Below, piece after piece: positions 53,063 through 60,420 of a DNA stretch of 64,000 nucleotides. Under the pieces are notes generated by a model that saw only the letters and a program-made list of their open reading frames with translations, was not told where the DNA came from and made no database searches. The translations under genes and the position numbers were made by a program. The stretch spans positions 10,300 through 74,299 of the forward strand of contig JARRJS010000001.1 of the NCBI GenBank assembly GCA_037388885.1. The letters run 5' to 3'. The DNA comes from Gemmatimonadota bacterium. Lineage in GTDB: Bacteria; Gemmatimonadota; Gemmatimonadetes; Longimicrobiales; RSA9. How positions within the stretch are numbered: position 1 is the stretch's first letter; every line of letters begins with the position of its first letter.

Positions 53063-55012
53063 TCACTCCGACGAGCCGGGGGGCGACCCGGCGGCGTCCT
53101 CTGGCTCCGCCGCGCCCCCGCACGTAGCGCAGAACCGCCAATCCCCATCCAGTGCGGCACCGCAGCGGCAACGTCTTCGTAGCGGGTGTCCACAGGCCGG
53201 ACACGCCGCAAACGACGCACGCACCGGCTCGCCGCATGCCGGGCATACGGGTGCTTCGTCCGCCACCAGGCCCAAGAGCGGTTTGACCTCACTCACCGTG
53301 GTCAAGCCCAGACGCACCTTGTCCCATGCGTCGTGGCTCAGTGGTCGGCAGCCGTTCGCGTGCGCCGCCTCCCGGATGGCGTCGGCACTGGCGCCGCGCA
53401 GGATCAGATCGCGGATCGCCGCGTCCACGTGCAGCACCTCGAAGATCCCGACCCGACCCCGGTAGCCGCTGTCACGGCAACGCGGGCAACCGACGGCTTC
53501 GTGGGCCGCCGTCGCGCGCGCCGGCAGGCCCAGGTCGGCGAGAGTCTCGGGCGACAGCGTGACGGCGCGCCGGCAGTGGACGCACAACCGCCGCACTAGG
53601 CGCTGGGCCAGCACGCCGATGAGGCCGCCTGCCACCAGGTACAGTGGCGCACCCATCTCGCCCAGCCGGGCCACGGCCCCCGGCGCGTCGATGGTGTGGA
53701 GGGTGGACAGGACGAGATGGCCGGTCATGGCGGCGGCCAGACCGACCTCGACCGTTTCCCGGTCTCGCATCTCGCCGACCATGATGACGTCCGGGTCCTG
53801 GCGCAGCACGGCGCGCAGCGCGGCGGCGAAGCTGAGACCGGCCCTCGGTTCCACCTGCACCTGCGTGAGCCCCGGCAGGTGGTACTCCACCGGGTCTTCC
53901 AGCGTGAGGATGTTGCGGCGCTCCCGGTCCAGCGCGCCCAGTGCGGCGTAAAGCGTCGTCGTCTTGCCGCTGCCGGTCGGCCCCGTCACCAGGACCAGTC
54001 CGTGGCCGCGGCCAAGCAGGGAACGTAATCGCGGGAGGGCGTCGCCAAGTCCCACGTCCTCCAGGGAACGGATACCCCCGCCGTCCAGCAGGCGCAACAC
54101 CAGCTTCTCGCCATGGCGCGCCGGCAACGTGGACACCCGCACGCCGATGTTGCGGCCTTTGACACGGATGGCGGTGCGACCATCCTGCGGACGCCGCTTC
54201 ACGGCGATGTCCAGGCCTGCCATGATCTTCACCCGTGAGGCCACCGCCGCGCCCGTGTGTCCCGGCAGCTCCATCATCGGGCGAAGCACGCCGTCGACGC
54301 GCTCGCGCACGGCGAGTGTCGAGCCGCGTGGCTCGATGTGCACGTCGCTGGCGTGCGCTGCGACCGCGCGCGTCATCACGTGATCGACGAGGGCCACGAC
54401 CGGCCCGGCCTCCGACGCACGACGCAGCGCGCCGATGTCGTCGGCCGCCTCCCTGACGCCGTCATCGGCGGCCCGGGGCGTGGGTGCCGGCAGGCGCGTC
54501 AACAGGCTGGCGACGGCATCGTCGCCGTACGCTTCCAGGAGGGCCAGGTCGATGGCGGCGGCAAGCGCCACGTGCGGCTCCACGCGACGACCGGTCTGGA
54601 ACTGCAGGTCATCGATGCCCGACACGTCCAGGGGATCCGCCATCGCCACCGAGAGTCGCCGGTCCTGAACATCGAGGGGCACGATGCGCAGCCTCAGCGC
54701 CTGGGCACGCGGCACCAGGGCCAGCGCGTTCGGATGGGGCTGCAGCGGCGGCTCCGCATACGGCAGTCGGAGCTGCGTCGCGAGGGCCCGTGCCACCTGC
54801 TCCGGGTCGAGGCCGCGCCGCTCCAGGATGACGCCCAGCCGCTCCCGCGTGCGACGCTGCTCGTCCAGTGCCCGCGCGAGCTCGGCATCATCCGTGGCGC
54901 CCGCCTCCACCAGAAGGCGGCCAAGCAGCCGGGCCGGGGTCCTCGAGATCGCCGGTCCAGAAGTTGCGCTGTTCACAAGGCTACGATGACAATGCCGGCG
55001 GGGCGGCGACAT
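53063..55012 (-). CDS. GspE/PilB-family secretion ATPase with an MshEN-type N-domain and a C-terminal multi-CxxC zinc-ribbon extension
   Basis: Walker A GPTGSGKTT. The family tetracysteine GCPRCRDSGYRGR. N-terminal LLGRLLVEAGATDDAELARALDEQ-RRTRE-RLGVILERRGLDPEQVARALATQ. C-terminal CPACG...CPACG...CRCG...CATCG. Confidence 0.88.
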   Translation of the reverse strand: MSPPRRHCHRSLVNSATSGPAISRTPARLLGRLLVEAGATDDAELARALDEQRRTRERLGVILERRGLDPEQVARALATQLRLPYAEPPLQPHPNALALVPRAQALRLRIVPLDVQDRRLSVAMADPLDVSGIDDLQFQTGRRVEPHVALAAAIDLALLEAYGDDAVASLLTRLPAPTPRAADDGVREAADDIGALRRASEAGPVVALVDHVMTRAVAAHASDVHIEPRGSTLAVRERVDGVLRPMMELPGHTGAAVASRVKIMAGLDIAVKRRPQDGRTAIRVKGRNIGVRVSTLPARHGEKLVLRLLDGGGIRSLEDVGLGDALPRLRSLLGRGHGLVLVTGPTGSGKTTTLYAALGALDRERRNILTLEDPVEYHLPGLTQVQVEPRAGLSFAAALRAVLRQDPDVIMVGEMRDRETVEVGLAAAMTGHLVLSTLHTIDAPGAVARLGEMGAPLYLVAGGLIGVLAQRLVRRLCVHCRRAVTLSPETLADLGLPARATAAHEAVGCPRCRDSGYRGRVGIFEVLHVDAAIRDLILRGASADAIREAAHANGCRPLSHDAWDKVRLGLTTVSEVKPLLGLVADEAPVCPACGEPVRASFAACPACGHPLRRRCRCGAALDGDWRFCATCGGAAEPEDAAGSPPGSSE

Positions 55013-55081
55013 GTCGGTATCGGACGGTTATATTCGTCGTCGTCAACGCTGGATTCTGTTCCATTTCAGAGAAATCTGGAC

Positions 55082-55576
55082 ATGACGAATCGGAAGCAGT
55101 TGGCTCCGGCAGCACTGGCAGTCGCCGCATTCATCCTGGTCGCATGCGGCGGCAATGCTCCCAGCACGACGACCCATGACTGGTCGAACCCGCAGACGAT
55201 CCATTTCGCGGACTCGCTGCACATCGATCTTCCGTCGATGACCAAGACGGCGGACGGTCTGTACTACAAGGACATCAAGGAAGGCACCGGTGAAGAGGTG
55301 GAGGCGGGCGACGTGGCGGTGGTGCACTACGTCGGCTACCTGCCGAACGGAAAGGTTTTCGACAAGAATACCGAGCCGGACACGGCGTACACGTTCGAGA
55401 TGGGCATCGGCCGCGTGATCCGGGGATGGGACCTGGGTGTGCAGGGCATGAAGAAGGGCGGCGAGCGCCTGCTGGTCATCCCTCCGGACCTGGCGTACGG
55501 CTCCAAGGGTGCGGATGATGCGATCCCGCCGAACACCACGCTGGTCTTCGATATCAAGTTGGTGAACGTGCGCTGA
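55082..55576 (+). CDS. FKBP-type peptidyl-prolyl cis-trans isomerase lipoprotein
   Basis: Lipobox FILVACGG. VVHYVGYLPNGKVFD, RVIRGWDLGVQGMKKGGERLLVIPPDLAYG and LVFDIKLVNV. Confidence 0.9.
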   Translation: MTNRKQLAPAALAVAAFILVACGGNAPSTTTHDWSNPQTIHFADSLHIDLPSMTKTADGLYYKDIKEGTGEEVEAGDVAVVHYVGYLPNGKVFDKNTEPDTAYTFEMGIGRVIRGWDLGVQGMKKGGERLLVIPPDLAYGSKGADDAIPPNTTLVFDIKLVNVR

Positions 55577-55583
55577 CAGACTG

Positions 55584-56345
55584 ATGACGCCCTGGGTCCT
55601 GCGGATCATTGTCGCAAATGTCGCCGTCTTCATCTTCACGGAGACGTCCCCCGTCCTCAAGCAACTGCTGGCATTTACACCCGCGTGGGCGTTGCACCAA
55701 CCATGGACGCCCATCACCTACATGTTCGTCCACGCGGGTATCTGGCACATCGGCTTCAACATGCTGGCCCTGTTCTTCTTCGGGCCCCGCGTGGAAGCTC
55801 GCATGGGGGGGCGGCATTTCCTGACGTTGTACTTCGTGAGCGGGCTGGGGGGCGCGGCTCTGTCGTGCATCACGCCGTACATCGGTGTGATCGGCGCCTC
55901 CGGCGCCATCTTCGGCGTTCTGCTGGCATTCGCTCACTACTGGCCGCATGAGCGCATCTACATCTGGGGTGTGCTGCCGGTGCCCGCCGCCGCCATGGTG
56001 GTGGGTCTGGCTCTCATCTCGCTCTGGCTCGGGGTCCGGGGCGGTGGCACCATCGCGCACTTCGCACACCTGGGCGGGTTCGGCGCTGGTTGGCTCTATC
56101 TGAAATGGCTGGATTCGCGGCGCGGCCGCTTCAAGCGCAAGGCGACGCCGCAGGCGCCATCAGCGCTCGACCGCGTATCCGGCAAGGCCCGGCGCGAAGA
56201 GGCCAATTGGCGGTCCATCGACCTCGACTCCCTGCATGAGGTCAACCGGGAAGAGGTAGACCGCATCCTGAAGAAGATGGATCAGTCGGGCGTCGACAGC
56301 TTGACGCCGGACGAGCGGGAATTCATGAATCGGATGACCGGCTGA
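55584..56345 (+). CDS. Rhomboid-family intramembrane serine protease with a soluble C-terminal extension
   Basis: Catalytic GASGAIFGVL and HFAHLGGFGAG. Six TM helices, then a charged tail of about 70 aa. Confidence 0.88.
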   Translation: MTPWVLRIIVANVAVFIFTETSPVLKQLLAFTPAWALHQPWTPITYMFVHAGIWHIGFNMLALFFFGPRVEARMGGRHFLTLYFVSGLGGAALSCITPYIGVIGASGAIFGVLLAFAHYWPHERIYIWGVLPVPAAAMVVGLALISLWLGVRGGGTIAHFAHLGGFGAGWLYLKWLDSRRGRFKRKATPQAPSALDRVSGKARREEANWRSIDLDSLHEVNREEVDRILKKMDQSGVDSLTPDEREFMNRMTG

Positions 56346-57312
56346 GCCCAGGCCCCGCCCGCCATTCGGCGAACACCGCGGCGGCGCTGTCCATGAACGG
56401 TGGGTGCTGGTGACGCCAGCCCAGGGCGTGCGACCGCGGCGACGCCATCACCTGATCCATGACGAGCGCGTCTGCGAACGCGCCCATGCTGCGGCGTGCG
56501 TCTTCCAGCCGGATCCGGCGCGTCCTGCCGACCGCCGATGTCACACGGGACGCCGCAACCGCCAGATTGCCCACCCGCGCAGCCTCGTCCTCGGCGCAGT
56601 GGTAGATGCCGCGGGCCGTCGTCTCGGCCACCAGCCGGTACAGGCGCGCGACATCCCCAACGTAGACGGGCGACCAGTGATTTGTGCCATCGCCGACGAA
56701 CTCGGCCGCGCCGTTCTGTTCCGCGGATGCGAAGAGCGCGCCGAACGCACCGCCGTGCCCGCCGTACACCATGCCGGGTCGGATCACCGCCGCGGCCAAT
56801 CGGTCGTCGGCCGCGTCCAGCACGAAGCGCTCGTGATCTGCGCGCCAGGCCACCAGCTCCGGCGCATTGTCGGTAGACGCATCCTCACCCGCAGGTCGAT
56901 CCCCGGTCTCGCCCAGCACGTAGCAGCCCGACGTGTAGATGAACATGCGGCGGGCGTCGTCGTCGTGGTCCAGGATGACGCGCGCGGCACCCAGCAACCC
57001 GTCGACCGCCGCGCGGTCCACCTGCACCCGGCGCTCCACTTCCGCCTCCGCAATATGGATCAGGACATCATGGTCGATGGCGACGTCTCGATAGCTGGCC
57101 GCGTCGACCAGGTCGCCCACCACCGGCCGTGCACCCAGCTCCTTCAGGTACACGGTCTTGTCCGCCCAGCGTGTCAGGCCCGAGACCTCGTGGCCCGCGG
57201 CCGCCAGCTCCCGCACCACGGCGCTGCCGATGTAACCCGTCGCACCCGTCACGAATACGCGAAGCGGCCGGTCTGACTTCCGTACCGGCCGCCCAGTCTC
57301 TCGCTGTGTCAT
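56323..57312 (-). CDS. NAD-dependent epimerase/dehydratase family (extended SDR) protein
   Basis: The Rossmann motif VFVTGATGYIGSAVV. The 3' end overlaps the rhomboid gene's 3' end convergently by 23 nt. Confidence 0.8.
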   Translation of the reverse strand: MTQRETGRPVRKSDRPLRVFVTGATGYIGSAVVRELAAAGHEVSGLTRWADKTVYLKELGARPVVGDLVDAASYRDVAIDHDVLIHIAEAEVERRVQVDRAAVDGLLGAARVILDHDDDARRMFIYTSGCYVLGETGDRPAGEDASTDNAPELVAWRADHERFVLDAADDRLAAAVIRPGMVYGGHGGAFGALFASAEQNGAAEFVGDGTNHWSPVYVGDVARLYRLVAETTARGIYHCAEDEAARVGNLAVAASRVTSAVGRTRRIRLEDARRSMGAFADALVMDQVMASPRSHALGWRHQHPPFMDSAAAVFAEWRAGPGLSRSSDS

Positions 57313-57435
57313 CCGTTCTCCCGCGCCTCACGTGAGCCCCGGGCAAGGTCGCCCGCTGACCGCCCGCGCGCCAGTCGGACGCGCGGTGGCCGGCACAGTT
57401 CTGCCTCCTGCCCTGCGTCCATCCCTTGCCGCGCG

Positions 57436-58251
57436 TCAGTCGGCCATGCGCGTCCTGGCCCACGCACGCGCGCGTTCCAGTCGTTCGGGGTCGCCGATCT
57501 CCAGCCACGCACGGCCTGTCACGTCGTGAGGACGGATCGTCCAACCCGCACCCGCCAGGCGCACGTACGCAGTCACGATGGAGAACGCCCCGCGCTCGGT
57601 GAAGAGATCGAGGAGCCTCGGCTCCACGACATGGATGCCGGCGAATGCCAGGCGACGCACCACGCCCACGGCGGGTCGCGCGTCCAGGCGCTCGCCCGGG
57701 CGCCCGCCGCCCGGCAGATTCTCCCAACCACAGAGACCCTGCTCGTCAAACAACAGGAATCGGTGCGTATCGCGCTCGTGCACCGCCAGCGTGGCCAGAG
57801 GACCGTCGTTCGGCGTGCGGGGCTGCGCCGGGCGCGCAGGTCCTTGGGGCGCAACGCCGGCGGCACGGTCAACCGCCTCGAGGTGCCCGGCATACAGCTC
57901 GTCCAACGGGATGTCCGTGATCACGTCGACGTTGTGGAGGAAGAAAGGTGCTTCCCGGCCGATCAGCGGTGCCGCGTGCAGAAGCCCACCGCCTGTTTCC
58001 AGCGGCGCATCCGTTTCACGGGAGACGACGACGTCGACGCCGAAGCCGGTCTGCTCGCGGATGAACCGCTCGATCTGGTCCGCGTGGTGGTGGACGTTGA
58101 CGATGAGCCGGTCCGCGCCGGCGGCGACCAGGCGTCGCGCCACTCGCTCGAGCATGGGCACGCCGCCCACCTGGACCAGGGCCTTCGGCACGGTGTCGGT
58201 CAGAGGGCGCAGCCGGGTGCCCAACCCGGCCGCGAGGATCATCGCGTCCAC
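57436..58251 (-). CDS. Sugar-1-phosphate nucleotidyltransferase (MurU-like)
   Basis: MILAAGLGTRLRPLTDTVPKALVQVGGVPMLERV is the NTP_transferase signature. It lies 5 nt downstream of the AmgK-like kinase gene. Confidence 0.8.
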   Translation of the reverse strand: MDAMILAAGLGTRLRPLTDTVPKALVQVGGVPMLERVARRLVAAGADRLIVNVHHHADQIERFIREQTGFGVDVVVSRETDAPLETGGGLLHAAPLIGREAPFFLHNVDVITDIPLDELYAGHLEAVDRAAGVAPQGPARPAQPRTPNDGPLATLAVHERDTHRFLLFDEQGLCGWENLPGGGRPGERLDARPAVGVVRRLAFAGIHVVEPRLLDLFTERGAFSIVTAYVRLAGAGWTIRPHDVTGRAWLEIGDPERLERARAWARTRMAD

Positions 58252-58256
58252 GGGCC

Positions 58257-59771
58257 CTATCGCGACGGCGACCCGGAAGCCGGCGACCCGGCCGGGTAGC
58301 CGCTCAGCACACGAGGTTCCGCACCGGCGCGTGGCCAGTACGGCTCTTCCCGGTGGATGACGAGCGCCTGCACCTCGGGATAGCGGCTGGTGATGTGCCG
58401 CCGCATGCGCTCGGCGAAATACGGCGAGCGATGCTGACCACCCGTGCAGCCGAAGTTCACGGTGAGACTCGTGAAGCTCCGACGCAGGTATTCTTCGATC
58501 TGTCGATCCACCAGGGCGCTCACGCTTTGCCAGACCGCCTCGACCTGGTCGTCGCCTTCAATGAACTCTACCACCGGCGAATCCAGGCCGGTCAGCGACC
58601 GGTACTCCAGGTGGCGCCCCGGATTGGGCAGCGCACGACAGTCGAAGACGTAGCCGCCGCCATGCCCGCCTTCGTCCTCCGGGTAACCGCGATTGTAGCT
58701 GAAGCTGCCTACGCGGACGACCAGTCCCGTCGGCGCATCAACATCGCCCGGCCGGTGCGCCCACCGCTCCACGATACGTCCGAACACACGCGCCAGCTCC
58801 GGCACGGGCACCGGCAGGCCCGCAACCATCACTCGCTCGATGTTCTTGGCCGCAAACGGCACACTCTGGAGGAAACGCGCCTTGCGCTCGAAGAACCCGC
58901 GATACCCGTAGGCGCCCATCGCCTGCATGATGCGCACGAGAACATAGCCGCGGTATAGATCCTGGAACGCCGCGCGGTCCACCGGCATCCGTTGCTCCAG
59001 CGCGTCCAGATAATGATCCAGCAGCTGCCGACGCACCTCCTCCGGGATGTCTGCCTTGGCATCGTACAGCAGCGACGCCACATCGTAGTGGAGGGCGCCG
59101 CGCCGCCCACCCTGGTAGTCGATGAACCACGGCGCGCCGTCGCGGAGCATCACGTTCCGCGACTGGAAGTCCCGGTAGAGGAAATGGTCCTGGTCCGCGC
59201 GCAGCAGGAACTCCGTCAGCCGGTCGAAGTCCGTCTCCAGACGCCCCTCGTTGAACGGCACATGGCCCAGCTTCAGGAAATGGTACTTGAAGTAATTCAG
59301 GTCCCACCGGATCGACTGGCTGTCGAACGCCGCACGCGGGTACGCCACCGCGTAGTCCACCACCCGATGACCGTCGATCTGGAAGCGCGGCAGCAACTCC
59401 ACCACACGACGATACGCCTCCAGCACCGACGACGGAAAGCCCTGGCCGTTGCGCACCCGCGCCTCCGCCAGTGCGTCGAACAGCGTGGTGTCCCCCAGGT
59501 CCTCCTCGAGCCACACACCGGCTTCGTCATCCGCGCCGTAGATCTCCGGGACCGGCAGGCCTTCGACCCGGAACGCACGCGAATACGACAGGAAAGCCCG
59601 GTTCTCCTCCCGGTCAGGGCCGATCGCGCCGATCGCCGTCCCGCCTCCGGAACCCACGAGGCGATAATAGCTGCGTGCGGAACCGTCACCCGCTACCTCG
59701 AAGATGGCGGTCGGCCGCTCGCCGTACCGGTCGACGAACAAGCGTACTATGTGCTCGTGTGTGAGGGTCAT
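58257..59771 (-). CDS. Fusion protein: AmgK-like anomeric sugar kinase (APH fold) plus RapZ C-terminal domain
   Basis: N-terminal half: YRDFQSRNVML...WFIDYQGG, the kinase catalytic loop and DxD-like motif of AmgK/APH. C-terminal half: YVFDCRALPNPGRH..YRSLTGLDSPVVEFI...LTVNFGCTGGQHRSPYFAERM follows the E. coli RapZ C-domain pattern as recalled from memory (VFDVRFLPNPH, LTGLD, AIGCTGGxHRSV). The ATG at 59771 is chosen. The ORF stays open to a TTG at 59933. Confidence 0.75.
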   Translation of the reverse strand: MTLTHEHIVRLFVDRYGERPTAIFEVAGDGSARSYYRLVGSGGGTAIGAIGPDREENRAFLSYSRAFRVEGLPVPEIYGADDEAGVWLEEDLGDTTLFDALAEARVRNGQGFPSSVLEAYRRVVELLPRFQIDGHRVVDYAVAYPRAAFDSQSIRWDLNYFKYHFLKLGHVPFNEGRLETDFDRLTEFLLRADQDHFLYRDFQSRNVMLRDGAPWFIDYQGGRRGALHYDVASLLYDAKADIPEEVRRQLLDHYLDALEQRMPVDRAAFQDLYRGYVLVRIMQAMGAYGYRGFFERKARFLQSVPFAAKNIERVMVAGLPVPVPELARVFGRIVERWAHRPGDVDAPTGLVVRVGSFSYNRGYPEDEGGHGGGYVFDCRALPNPGRHLEYRSLTGLDSPVVEFIEGDDQVEAVWQSVSALVDRQIEEYLRRSFTSLTVNFGCTGGQHRSPYFAERMRRHITSRYPEVQALVIHREEPYWPRAGAEPRVLSGYPAGSPASGSPSR

Positions 59772-59837
59772 GCCGTAAGCTGGGTTCGCGGGGTCGGCGG
59801 GCGCAAGGCCACGGGGTAGATCGAGGCGGGTAGTGCC

Positions 59838-59861
59838 GTCTCCCTGTCTCCCTGTCTCCCC
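59838..59861. repeat. Dispersed repeat copy E: inverted core 1 octamers (gtctccct gtctccct gtctcccc)
   Basis: Read directly. It is the reverse complement of the GGGAGACA core seen at 1022-1037. Confidence 0.85.
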
Positions 59862-59953
59862 GTCGGTGGAGCGGGGGCGGGGGCGGTGAAACCTGGACCT
59901 GGCAGGGTCCGTAGGGGTACCTGAACGAGGCAAATCGCCCGAAGGAGCGAACG

Positions 59954-60181
59954 ATGGAATACGCAGAGAAGAACAACGGCTCGCTGTTCAAGAAGATCCT
60001 GAAGTGGGTGGTGATCGGATTCCTGGCCATCGTCGCATTGAGGATGGTCTTCGGGCTCCTCGGCTTCGCAGCCGGGCTGGTGTTCTTCCTGGTCTTCCGG
60101 ATCGGTCCGCTGGCGCTCGTGATCTGGCTGGGTTGGAAGGCATGGAAGTATTTCACGGCGCCCGAAAAGGAAGAAACCTGA
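59954..60181 (+). CDS. Small membrane protein (75 aa, 2 TM), hypothetical
   Basis: ATG-initiated ORF that looks less GC-rich than its neighbours. Hydrophobic stretches WVVIGFLAIVALRMVFGLLGFAAGLVFFLVF and GPLALVIWLGW. Confidence 0.5.
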   Translation: MEYAEKNNGSLFKKILKWVVIGFLAIVALRMVFGLLGFAAGLVFFLVFRIGPLALVIWLGWKAWKYFTAPEKEET

Positions 60182-60249
60182 GCACGGGGAAACGTAGCGA
60201 GCTCAACGGAAGTACGTAGGCGGTATGAAAACGCCTGCGCGTTTCCTGT

Positions 60250-60296
60250 GGATGCAACGGAGCCCGCCGTTCGCGGCGGGGGGCTCCGTTGCATCC
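60250..60296. terminator. Long GC hairpin (16-bp outer stem plus inner GCCG/CGGC) between convergent genes
   Basis: ggatgcaacggagccc gccgttcgcggcggg gggctccgttgcatcc. Confidence 0.55.
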
Positions 60297-60420
60297 ATCT
60301 GCCATCTCTGATCTCGCGGATCGCCTGGTCGGATCGGCACGATCTCCCCATGGCCCCGTCTCCGTAGGGCGGCCGCCTCGGGTCCGCGTTACGCCGCCGG
60401 AGTGGCAGCGGGCGAGGCGA

